Shown here piece by piece: positions 12,590-24,134 of a DNA stretch of 27,954 bases. Position 1 is the stretch's first letter. Each line of letters starts with the position of its first letter. Made by a program: the position numbers and the translations under genes. This DNA comes from Geosiphon pyriformis uo1 (Eukaryota > Fungi > Glomeromycota): contig JAAOMT010000177.1 of NCBI GenBank assembly GCA_016748015.1, positions 1-27,954 on the forward strand, given 5' to 3'. Under the pieces are notes generated by a model. The model saw only the letters and a program-made list of their open reading frames with translations, was not told the DNA's origin and did no database searches.

Positions 12590-13460
12590 TTTGAAATAGG
12601 TATAGTAATCTATATATTAATTAAAAAATCAAAATGAAAGATTAGTTTTAATTTAAATATTTTTTTTTTTTGAAAACTTGCTAAGTTATAACACTATTGT
12701 TATTTGATTTAATATTTTTTATTTACCTTTTCAAAAAGAGTTTACTTTTTAATAATAAAATTTTCCTTATTAAAAGTTTTAACCAAATACTAATTAAAAC
12801 TTATTGAAAATCAAAGATAAAAATAAAATTTATAAGTTAATTGTTACATAATGTAATTGATATTAAAAAATTTCAATTTTACTAATAATAATTTGAATGT
12901 TTCTTAGGTCAAAAACTAGCATATTTTTAAAAATATATATTGGCCGAAGATAGATCGAAACTTGAGCAAAATCTTAATTTTAAATTCAAATTCCTTGCTT
13001 AAAATAACAAATTAGTCCAATATAAATATTCCATTGTAACCTAGAATTAGATAAAAAATACAGTGTATGAATTGCCCAAATATAGCTGAAATTACCCAAA
13101 AACCACCTGAATAAGATATCTCATTGTAACTTAATATTAGATAAAAAATACAGTATGTGAATTAACTTTTATATCAAGCCAGAACAGCAAAGAAAGTTTT
13201 TATTGTCACCATATGAACATTTAAGTAGTTTTAATTGTCCGCGTATGTGAATTTAAGTAAAACAAAATTAACGCTATCGGCAATTAAATGTCAATAACCT
13301 ATATACACTAGGAAAAAGTCTTTATTAGAAAAATATTAACGCTAAATTTTATTTAAAGTTTCAAATTTCGCTAGCTTGATTATCAAAAATTTATTAATAT
13401 GGTTTGTGTAATTCAAAGGTAAACTTAAAATTTATCAAAAATACAAGAATTTCAATGTGA
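12590..13460 (+). promoter_or_regulatory. Orphan (gene-less) copy of the peptide-gene upstream module
   Basis: Aligns by eye with 23062-23935 (ttcttaggtcaaaaac, gatagatcgaaacttgagcaaa, gccagaacagcaaag, aaatttcgctagcttgattat) but stops before the TATA/5'UTR/ORF. Confidence 0.75.
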
Positions 13461-13559
13461 TTTGCCATTAAGAATTTCTGATTGTTATATATGCCCAATT
13501 GTACTGATAATATACGAATTTTTTTTAGCTCAAAATCCAATTTATTTTTAAAAATATAT

Positions 13560-14278
13560 TCCTGAAGAAAATAGATCAAAAACTCCTCAATTTTAAATTC
13601 ATATTCCTTGCTTAAAATAGATTTTGCTCAAAGTGTAACAATATAGGTATTTCATTGTAACATAATATGAGACAGAAAATATAGTAAATAAATTGCCTAA
13701 ATATAACTGAAATTATCCAGGTGATCCACAAATTAGTTTGAATATAGATATTCCATTGTAACCTAATATGAGATAAAAAATACAGTATATGAATCAACTT
13801 TTAAAATAAATCCAGAACAGGAAAAGGAAGTTTTCATTGTTGGGCGTATGAAAATTCAAATAACTCAATGGGTAATCAGATATTATTGATAGAGGAAAAA
13901 ATTTTTATTAAGAAATATTAATATTAAACTTTATTTAAAGTTAACAAGTATTTCAAATATAGTCTAGTTTGATTATTAAGAAAGAGTTCAAAATTATTTT
14001 TATTGTTTGTGGATTTATAGCTAAACTTAGAATTATTACGAATACAAAAATTTAGCACTTTAATATTCTGTAAAATAAGAAAGTTATCAAGTAGTAATAA
14101 TATTAAATAAAAACTTATCAAAGGTTTTCATATAAAATGGGATGGTAAAGACGATTAAAAAAAAATTCTCTATCCACTTGCTATTGGAAAGAATTATATA
14201 AACTCAAAATTACCCAAGCACTCGATCTATATTAGCTGCCTATTTCAACCAAGCTTTTATTTGAAAATAACAGAAATC
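13560..14278 (+). promoter_or_regulatory. Upstream module of peptide gene A (repeat units, TTTTCATTGTTGGGCGTATG motif, TATAAAA at 14131)
   Basis: Highly similar to 18875-19577; the proximal ~300 bp are nearly identical. Confidence 0.75.
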
Positions 14279-14467
14279 ATGAAAATCTTACAATGTATCT
14301 TGATAAATTTTATTGTCACTATCATTTTGTTCTATGGCCTCGCATCGGCACTTCCAACACCCAACGAACTCGATGAACGCGCTGTTGCTCCTGCCGCCGA
14401 TGGTGGTCCCGGTGGGCGTCCTCCACCTAATTTTGCAACCTTTAGTCCCATAAATCATAACTATTGA
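14279..14467 (+). CDS. Small secreted prepropeptide A, 62 aa; predicted mature AVAPAADGGPGGRPPPNFATFSPINHNY
   Basis: MKILQCILINFIVTIILFYGLASA signal peptide, LPTPNELDER pro-region; paralog of B, C, D; GC-richer island in AT-rich DNA; true start is the ATG at 14279, not the TTG at 14261. Confidence 0.85.
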   Translation: MKILQCILINFIVTIILFYGLASALPTPNELDERAVAPAADGGPGGRPPPNFATFSPINHNY

Positions 14468-15276
14468 ACCGCTAAAAGTATCAAATGTAGTAAATTCAAA
14501 GTTAGGAAGGTATATTTATGCTAAAACAGAAAGTATTTCAATATCTGTTTTAAAATATATAGTTTACAGTTTGTATAAATTAACTTCTATTAGTGATTTA
14601 AGTTTTCAATTTGTATTTAGTGGCTTTATAATCTGTTATTTTCTATTTAGTGTTAAATATTGTTAATATTTAATAAATCTCTTATCAAAGATTGAAATTT
14701 TTGTTCTAAAATATATATTTAGAATAAAGCAAACAGCGAATTTTTTTTTTAAAACTAAAAAACATATCAAAAATTTTTTAAAACCATATTTTTATTGTAC
14801 ACTACCAGTTTTGATAATGTAGTATATAAATGAAGTGTGTTAGATAGGATAAGAATGATCATATTCTATTGTTTTTAAGCAAAAAAATTGTTTACTTATT
14901 CATTATTTAATACATTATTACATAGTTTTTATTTGAATCTGAAAAAAATATTTTTCGTAAAGCACCATTCAGAAGTGCATTATGCACAAAAAGATTAAAT
15001 CTCAACTTTTGTTTAAAATCAAAATTATAAGAGAAAAAACATTAGTCTTAAATTGATTCTTGATGAAACTGTAAAATTTATGGAAAGTTTTAGATAATTT
15101 TTGCTTTTAAACTTATTTAAAAGCTTGAAACCTTAATTTTACTCTTTAAAAAATTTATCTGTTTTAATTTTCTTGCTTTATTAATTTTGATAAAAATTTT
15201 TTATAAGCGTTTTTTTATTAAAGATGAATTTATTTATTTATTTTTTTTGTAATTTTTAAGATTTGAAAACTTTATA

Positions 15277-16791
15277 TCAAACTGTTTTTTGAAATATATC
15301 CCAAGCTTCTTTAATATTTTTAGCCCCTTGAAATGGTGTACAATCACCCATCTTGACTCCAAAATAAGGACCATAATGAAAAAACTCATCTGGAACATTT
15401 TCTATAGATTGCCCTGCATTGCATTCCTAAAAGAAAACATTTATCAATTGAATTTGGTTACGAAGATATTTTAAGAGAGTAAAAACCAACCATATTTTCT
15501 TCATTAGCTTGTGTGGATTTTTGTGACCGCGGAATTGAAAGATTATTACAATCCCAATATACATATTCTTTATCAGGACAATAACAATTATTTGATTGCT
15601 CGATCCAAATTTCACTACCAAAATGTTTCCAATCCATTGAGACAGGAGGATATTGAGGGACATGATCATTTCCATAGGTAATACGTTGATGAACTATTCC
15701 CTGATTCATAAGTAGACTCATTGCACTATTACCCACTCTTGGAGCTCCAAAAGTGAAAATAGCTTGACCTATTCCAGTAAAATTAGTCTCAGGCCAAAGT
15801 TTAAAACTTACAATCTTATCTCTTTCAAGGGCCCACCGAAAGCCAGCGAGTGAGGCAAGTGCTATATTTCGAAATAAAATGTTAAATATTTTATAATTTT
15901 ATTTTCAAACTAAAAAGTAGAAAGAAATATTTTATCCAACCTCCACCGATACCATGCCCCGTGAAAAACACACTTCTAATCTTTGGATTATTATTCAAAG
16001 AAGTTCGTATATTTCTTAAAAGAGAGGGAAAAATAGCGTCTATATCTTCCAACACCATTTTATTGACACGAACGTTAACTTTAAACGAAGGGAGGTGTTT
16101 CACCTGGAATAAAAGTTTTCTCTGATTTATTGAATGCCATTGTTTTTTTGTTAATTTCTAAAAAAAAAAAAAAAATGAAAAATGAAAAAATAACTTTTAT
16201 TATCTTCACCATACCCTGTAAAAATATTGAAATTTCCGATTAAGAATAGTGAGAATATTACCGGACCCGGAAAGTTTACAAACAACCAATTTAAATTGGG
16301 ACTCGTCTTAAAGACTGTAAAATCAACTTGAAAAATTTTTTACAAAAAAAAGTTTTTTTTTTTAAATCAATTCAATTAATTTTAAAATTTATTTTTTTAC
16401 CATCAAAGAGAATCAAACCTTGAAATTCATACTCTGGAAATTTTTTGCAGTATCCTTTATTTGTGAAAAATGCAAGTGGTCTATAAACCAGATAATATTC
16501 ATTCCCAATTTCCATTTGTGTTTTGGAATGCGACTTTGACCGTTTAATAATTTGACTTTTTTGTAAAGGAATTTTGATTTGATTGTTCCATTTCGTTAAG
16601 CTAGAAAAAGAGTGATTTGCCTTTTGTATTTGAGAATTTTCAAGTTGAATTTCTTTAGAAACTATCCAGCTTTTGAAATCTTGATTCATGCCAAAGCAAA
16701 ACGTGGATAATAATAAAAAAATAAAAAATAATAATTTATTTCTTTCAGAGAAATTGAATCTTTTAGCGTTTAATTTTCCAAAAGATTCCAT
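15277..16791 (-). CDS. Secreted class-3 lipase-like alpha/beta hydrolase lacking catalytic Ser, ~393 aa; exons 16791-16401, 16314-16262, 16157-15941, 15861-15491, 15426-15277
   Basis: N-terminal hydrophobic segment LLFFIFLLLSTFCFG; VFFTGHGIGG|ALA; FTFGAPRVGN; RITYGNDHVP; HFGSEIWI; ECN...FHYGPYFG. Four GT-AG introns give an intact 1182-nt frame. Confidence 0.88.
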
Positions 16792-18033
16792 TATTTTATC
16801 TGGTATAATTTTTTCAACTATTAAGAAAATTTTATTTCAGTATCATCATCATCATTTTTTTTTAATTGGGATTAGAGAAACAAAGATATTCCCACTTTTG
16901 TTTATTCCTCTGTTTTTCACGCTTATAAACGAATAAATAAATTTTATTTATGAAGTAAGGATGTGATATATTATTTTGGGAACTAGATTTCTGAATTTAA
17001 TCTAAACGTAAAAATATTTTAATTAATAATGATAAGAATTTTTATAAAAAGGAATTAATTCATAAAAGTTATAGATTTTCGATTGTTTTTAAAAACTTTA
17101 TGAATAATTTTTTATTTATTTAAGAATATCAAAAGACATAATATATGAATATTTTTGAATATATCGTTGATAAATCAAAACTTTTCGGATAAAAAGTCAT
17201 GAAAAATCAATTCGTAAATATATGAATCTTCAATAACCAAACAATTATCGTCTTCAACTACCAAGTTAAAAAAAATGTATTTTTAAGGAATTTTTGATAT
17301 GATTTTAAGTTTTTTAAAAAAATATATAATTACTTCTTTTTAATCTATTATAAATATATATTTTATGACGAAATTTTAACATTAAAAAGAGAATATTAAA
17401 TTATAATTATACCAAATAAAAAAACTGGTTTTAAAGTTACTATATACAAATTGAAAATTTTTTCTACCAAAATTTCATAAAGATAATTATAACATAATTT
17501 TCGGTGAAGGTTCCTATAATTTTTGGCGATTCAAAATTTATTTGCAAAATATATCATTTTACAAGTTCGGGTAATATAAAGCAACATTTAAACCCCTTAA
17601 TATCGAGAAATCTCTATGTGGTCTGATCTTATTTTTCATTCTAGGTATAGAATAAAAAATTTTTCAGTTATCACCTACTCGAGGCTTAATTTAAAAATAA
17701 TATATATAGTATATTATTATTATTATTATTATTATAATTATTATTCAACTCAGAAATTAATCTTTATTTTGTAAAATAACTATATTTCTAATTAAAAATA
17801 AATAATATTAATAAATTTGCTAAGAATATAATTTTATAATTTAAATTATAAGATTAACTAGTTAATTTACCATTTATTTCACTAAAAAATACTTTTGTAC
17901 TTTTCATCTATAACTCCAAAGCAACGAAATATCTTTTTAATCGATAATAATGAGTGAGCTTACAATATAGAAAAGATAACATGAAATGCAACTAACTGCA
18001 TCCATGTAATTTGGAGTTTTTGCCACATGACAA

Positions 18034-18216
18034 TTAATTACATTGGTTACAAGGTTCTTGGATGGTAATTGTACTGTGATAATTGGCATCTGGATTGGTA
18101 GCACCAATAGTACGGCGTTTACCGAGCTCGTTGGGTGTTGGGAGTGTCGAAACAAGGCCATAGAATAAAATGATAGTAATGGCAAAGTTTACTAAAATAT
18201 ACTGTAAGGTTTTCAT
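18034..18216 (-). CDS. Small secreted prepropeptide B, 60 aa; predicted mature (R)TIGATNPDANYHSTITIQEPCNQCN
   Basis: MKTLQYILVNFAITIILFYGLVST signal peptide, LPTPNELGKR pro-region with dibasic site; paralog of A, C, D. Confidence 0.85.
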   Translation of the reverse strand: MKTLQYILVNFAITIILFYGLVSTLPTPNELGKRRTIGATNPDANYHSTITIQEPCNQCN

Positions 18217-18700
18217 AATTTGTGTTATTTTTAAATAATAATTTGTTTAATATAAGTAGCTTTTATCGATCAAGAATTTGGATATTTTTAGATTATATGA
18301 TTATTCTTTTCAATTGTAAGTGGATTAAGTGTCTTTTTTAATTCCTTTTACCCGTGCTATTTTATAGAAAAATTTTCTCTAGAAAAAATTAATATCCTGA
18401 ATTTTTTTTATTACATGATTCCCAATTTGTGCAAGGTTGTTTAATTTAATTTAAAAATTTCAAGTTCTAATAATTAAATTTAGAAATTTTAAAATACTGG
18501 TTCAATTTCTGTATAACTTCAATATTCATACGCCGACAATGAAAAAATCCCTTTCCATTCTAACTTGATTTAAAAAGATTGATCTACCATACTTTATTTT
18601 CTATCTAATATTAGATTATGGGTATTCTGCTAATTTCTAGATCACCTGGATATATATTGGGCAAAATCTATTTTAAAGGAGAGAACTTGAATTTCAAAAT
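18217..18700 (-). promoter_or_regulatory. Upstream module of peptide gene B (inverted, more diverged copy; TATAAAA at 18366-18360)
   Basis: Reverse complement carries aaaatagattttgcccaa, caggtgatc, taatattagatagaaaata and ttttcattgtcggcgtatg as in the other copies. Confidence 0.7.
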
Positions 18701-18874
18701 CAATATTATTTTAAGTTTTATTGCTAAAAATTTGTATTGTTCTTATTAAATTTTACTTGAATTTTAATTTATTTTGTTAGAGTTTCATAAGAAATTTAGA
18801 ATCAAGGAAATTAAAAATTAATTTAGTATTCAAGAATTTATTTGGGTTTTTGAATTTAATTAACGAAAAATGTC

Positions 18875-19577
18875 TTGATTAAAATAGATTTTGCCCAAAT
18901 ATAACTGAAATTATTCGAATATAGTTATTTCATTATGACCTAATATTAGATAGAAAATACAGTATATGAATTGCCTAAATATAACTGAAATTATTCGAAT
19001 ATAGTTATTTCATTGTGACCTAATATTAGATAGAAAATACAGTATATTAATTGCCTAAATATAACAGGTGATCCACAAATTAGCTGAATATAGATATCCC
19101 CATTGTAACTATTATTAAATAGAAAATACAGTATGTGAATAAATTTTGGAATCATGCCAGAACAGCAAAAAGGAAGTTTTCATTGACTTAATATTAACAT
19201 TTTAAGTAGTTTTCATTGTCGGCGTATATGAAATTAAATATTATACTAACTTTAAATTTTATTTAATGTTAACACGTATTTCAAAGTTCAAAATTATTTT
19301 TATTGTTTGTGGATTCATAGCTAAACTTATTATTATCATTAATACAAAAATTTAACACTTTAATATTCTGTAAAATAAGAAAGTTATCAAGTAGTAATAA
19401 TATTAAGTAAAAACCTATCAAAGGTTTTTCTATAAAATGGGATGGTAAAGACGATTAAAAAAAAATTCTCTATCCACTTGCTATTGGAAAGAATCATATA
19501 ACCTCAAAAATATCCAAGCACTCGATCTATATTAGCTACCTATTTCGACCAAGCTATTATTTGAAATAAGAGAAATC
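18875..19577 (+). promoter_or_regulatory. Upstream module of peptide gene C (TATAAAA at 19431)
   Basis: Homologous to 13560-14278 and 23500-24134. Confidence 0.75.
18891..19139 (+). repeat. 80-bp tandem repeat: 18891-18970, 18971-19050, plus a degenerate third unit
   Basis: First two units differ at 3 positions; each contains the palindrome CTAATATTAG. Confidence 0.92.
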
Positions 19578-19754
19578 ATGAAAGTCTTACAGTATATCTT
19601 AATAAACTTTATCGTCACTATCATTTTATTCCATGGACTCACCTTGGCACTTCCAACACCCAACGAACTCGATAAACGCGGTACTACTCAGACCAACGAG
19701 AGTGGTTTCCCTACTGGCCCTTTTAAGTGGCCCCCACCCTTTGTTTATTATTAG
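19578..19754 (+). CDS. Small secreted prepropeptide C, 58 aa (not in ORF track): MKVLQYILINFIVTIILFHGLTLALPTPNELDKRGTTQTNESGFPTGPFKWPPPFVYY
   Basis: Hand translation from ATG 19578 to TAG 19754; same signal + LPTPNELDKR as paralogs; same gaaatcATG context as A and D. Confidence 0.87.
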   Translation: MKVLQYILINFIVTIILFHGLTLALPTPNELDKRGTTQTNESGFPTGPFKWPPPFVYY

Positions 19755-21289
19755 TGATGCATATTTATCTTTTAAATCTTGAGGGCTCACCCATTATTAT
19801 TGATTAAAAAGATGTTCTAATACTTTGATTTATACATAAAAGTGGAGCAGCATTTTTATATTAAATCAGTTATTTAATTTATACTTGAAATAATAAATTT
19901 TTTGTACTTTTAAATGGTTATTTTGCAAATAAAGGTTAATTCATGAGTTGAATATACATTACTTTTAAAATTGAAAAATTATTTCATCTCATATTTATTA
20001 ATTATACCTAAACTGAATAGATAATTTATAACTCTTGAATCATTAAATATAAAGTTTGCTAGTTGTAAGAAAATAATTTTTTTTGCTCTTTTAATTTTTT
20101 ATTAAAGAAAATGATCCCTTATGCCAGAATTAGCTTGGCTTTTTCAAAAAAAACTCTCCTTAATTTCCATTAATATTGCATATAATTTTATAATTCTTAT
20201 ATTTATTTTTCATAAAAAATCTTATTAATTTCACACAGATTTTAGGATATTAGCATTTAAAACGGGAAAAAATTATTAAAAAATAAAAAAGGATATATAA
20301 TATATATGCTGTATTTAATGGACAAGGTTATATTTTTATTGGCCTAACGGTAATTATTATAATACATTAAGATAAAAATGAGACAAAAATAGACGATTGA
20401 ATTAAAATTTTTACATATAAGAAAATTCTGATTCAGATCAGAACCACAAAGTGTGAAAAACCCTGCGAAATTTCTAGAAAATGAAAGCCTCTTATATGGA
20501 TTGATTTTCCTTTTTTTCATTCTAATAACTTGAATAATAAAATATTTTCATACAGTGCAAAAAGCCATAAAAGTGCTTATAATTTTACTCTACTTTAAAA
20601 TCTATATAATACTTCAATTTAAAAAATATAAATTAAAAGTGCAAGAGAATATTCTCTCGGATAAGGGTTACAAACATAGTTTTTTATTTTAATTAATTAA
20701 CTATTAGTACATGTAATTTAGAATTTAAGTTAGGTTTTATAAGTTTTGTGATATTTACATTGAGAATTTTGCAAATGTCGTTCATCAATTAAAAAATGGT
20801 ACAATTAATTCTCTTCACTAGGAAAAATTTATTATCAAACACATCTCAATTTAGTTTAATTCACAATAATGCTTAAACTTTTTAAATTTCAAAAAGGTTG
20901 CTAAAGAAAATAAGATTGCAAAACAAGAATACAGTAGTAACAAAAATTTTAATTAGAAATTACAATCTAAATCTTTTTCAATCTTTTTAAAATTATAACA
21001 ATCAATAAAAGTTTAATCGAAAATATTATGCTTTATAGAAATTTTGCCTAGAAAACTTTTTGTTCTTTTTAAAATAAATGTTTTGCATAAGAAAAAAATA
21101 TTATTTTGTATTTTAGGGAATTTTTAGTAATTAAATATAGTTTTACCAAAATTGGAACTTTATTAAATTGAAAAAAAAACTTAAAATTGATTTTAAATTA
21201 ATTCAATCTGAATTTGTTGTAGTTCTCTAAGCTATAAATTATTATGTATGAAACTTTTTGCTATTAGAAACTGTTCAAAAAAATTGATA

Positions 21290-21960
21290 AAAAAAAATTG
21301 GTTAATCACGTTGATATTAAATTAAAAGTAAGTCTATAGCATTTATTTACAAAACAATTTAAATTTCTAAAGCTATGTTTCAACAACAAAAATAGAACAA
21401 ATTTTTAACAGCAAAATACATTATTATTAAATAGCAAAAAATAATTATTAAAATAATAAAAATATCAAAGAGAAATTTTAACAAAAAAGTATATTACATA
21501 AATAAACTTCAATATACATAATTAGTTTTATAAAAATTTAAAAGTAAGATATAATCTATACTTGTTAATAAGATAATACTGTTATAATTATTTTATCTCT
21601 TATTTAGTAATTCTTAAAATTAATAATATATTTTTGTATTTTTAATTATGTCTTTATTTAATGAATTAAAAAAACAAGATAATTAATTCTTAATTAATTT
21701 TAATAATACAAAATAAGAAGAGAAAAAAGATATGTAAATTCCAATAAGTAATTTTTTATTACAAATAATGTATAAATAAATAAAAAGAGATAAAAAGATT
21801 GAATTTTAATTGCTTGATAATTATTTAATAATATTTATATAATTTAAAAAAGTTTTGCTCGTATAATTAATAAAAAAAATTAACAACCAAGTTAATAACT
21901 AAGTTAAAAATTAAATTAATAATTAAATTAATATATAATAAATTAATAAAAAATAAAAAT
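21290..21960. repeat. Degenerate dispersed repeat, copy 2 (inverted relative to 11500-12120), with a 4 x 12-bp array at 21885-21932
   Basis: AACCAAGTTAAT/AACTAAGTTAAA/AATTAAATTAAT/AATTAAATTAAT, reverse complement of the copy-1 units; collinear flanking matches. Boundaries approximate. Confidence 0.55.
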
Positions 21961-23061
21961 TTTAACTGCAATATTGTTTTTTCCAAAAAGACTAAACTTT
22001 AATAAACTCAAACTATTTATAAAAATATTTGTTTAAGGTGTTTTTTTTAACTCAAAACTAACTAATTTAGTAAAATTTTAAAAACAAAATAAAGTTATAA
22101 TAAAACGTGTTTTGACTTTAAAAGACTAAATTTTTTATATAGATTTTGGTTTTTTTAGTAATAATTATAATTTTTATTTAATTTTCAAAGTTGTTTTCTT
22201 CAAAAGCTTATATATTTCATAATTTTATCGAAATGCTTATAAAGCTTTAATTTTTTTTAAATTATTAGTTCCTATTAATAAACAAGGTTTTTTCAAGGTT
22301 TTTTTAAAACGTTTAAAAGACAATAGTATTGTTATTCTTATGTATTGAACTATTTATTTATTAATTTATTATCTGTTTTCATTTTTTTAATAAATGATAT
22401 TTAGAACTATGTTATTAATATTTAGAAAAAGTATTTTATGTTTTTTTAAACTTTTTTTAAAACTATTAATTTTTCTTGTGCAATTATTTGTGTTTTTAAT
22501 AATAATTTAAGAATAATATCAAGTTTTTTTTACAAGATGTCTTTGTATTTTTCTGTAAAAAAATAAAAATACTGTTTTAATATTCATTTTTATTGATAGT
22601 GTTGTTATTTTTCCATAGAACAGAAAGAAATATTTATGACTTGTTATAATATATTTTACAGTTTTGTAAACAAATAGTCCTAAAAGTAAAACTTTGTCTT
22701 ACAAATTTCTATCTTTACTGGTTTTTGTTAAAATATTTTATTTATTTATGAATAATAAAAATGAGATTTTTAAATTAATATTATTCAGTTAATTATTTTC
22801 TTAATTAATTACTTTTTAATTGATTTTATTTAATTTTTTTACTTATGTTATAAATTGCAATATTCAAATAACACTTTAATATTATATAGTAATTCATTAA
22901 TAATTACATATACAAATTTTTTAATTTAATCAATAATAATAATTATTTTTAATTTTTATACACTTTGAATTTTGTTTTAAATGAAATTCTGTTCAATAAA
23001 TTTCTTCTTCGTGATATTTTGTTTCAATTTAAATGTGATTTTAAATTACCAACTTAAAATG

Positions 23062-24134
23062 TTTTGAAATAGGTATTCTTATGTAATAAATTATAATAAT
23101 TGAGATTTACTTTTTAATTATATTATAATTTTTAATAATTATACATAATTTTTTTCTTATTAAAAACTTTTTTGCTTGGTTTATCACCCAATTATTGTCT
23201 TATTTTATATTCTTTTAATTTTGTTTTTGGAATATAAACATCAGTATTACTATATAATATATTTAACATATTTTATTTTATGTAAATATATTAATAAAGT
23301 TCTAACTAAATACTGATTAAAACTTATTGACTTGGAAAAACCTTATTGAAAATCAAAGATCTTTATAAATCTTGCAAAGCTAATTGTAGATAATGTAATT
23401 GATCTTAAAAAATTCAATATTACTGATAATGCTTCGAATTTTTCTTAGGTCAAAAACCACATTTTTTTAAATAAATATAATTATCGCAGATAGATCGAAA
23501 CTTGAGCAAAAATTTTCATTTAAAATTCAAATTTCTTACAAAGTAGTCCAACATAGAAAATACAGTATATGAATGCCCAAACATAACTGAAATTATCCAC
23601 AGACTAGCTGAATATAGATATCTCATTGTAGCCTAATATTAGATAAAAAATACACTATGTGAATAAACTTTTATATCATGCCAGAACAGCAAAGGAAGTT
23701 TTCATTGTCACCCATATGACATTTTAAGTAGTTTTCATTGTCGGCGTATGGGAATTTAAGTAATAAAAAATCGACTCAATCGACATTTAAATATTAACGC
23801 TAAATTTGATTTAAAGTTAACAGGTATTTCAAAAATACTTCTAAATTTCGCTAGCTTGATTATTAGAAAAGTATTAATATCGATTGTGTATTCATTGCTA
23901 AACTTAGAAGTATCAAAAATACAAGAATTCACCATGTATATATTCTATAAAAATAAGAAAAGTTATAAAGTAGTGATTATATTAAATAAAAAACCTATTA
24001 AAAGTTTTCCTATAAAATAGCACGATAACCACTTTTTTATTGGAGAAAATTATACAGTTTCAAGAAGATATAAATCCTCGATCAATATTAACTGCTTATT
24101 TCAACTAAGCTATTATTTAAAAACAACAGAAATC
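23062..24134 (+). promoter_or_regulatory. Upstream module of peptide gene D (TATAAAA at 24011)
   Basis: Homologous to 12590-13460 distally and to the A/C proximal promoters. Confidence 0.75.

Noticed and set aside
8803-14121. ORFs 8803-9015, 13394-13579, 13612-13797, 13924-14121
   Set aside because: F/I/L/K/N-rich composition expected from AT-rich non-coding DNA; several are antisense to the promoter modules.
18076-18114. RTIGATNPDANYH in peptide B resembles a plant CLE motif (CLV3 RTVPSGPDPLHH); A ends in PINHNY
   Set aside because: Wrong spacing, lacks the conserved Pro/Gly core, and paralogs do not share it; CLE mimicry is not supported.
16688-18185. ORFs 16688-16936 (HHHH run) and 17937-18185
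   Set aside because: The first is antisense to the lipase start with a (CAT)n microsatellite; the second is an alternative frame of peptide B.
18891-19139. Possible CRISPR-like array
   Set aside because: Head-to-tail units without unique spacers, eukaryotic context, no cas genes.
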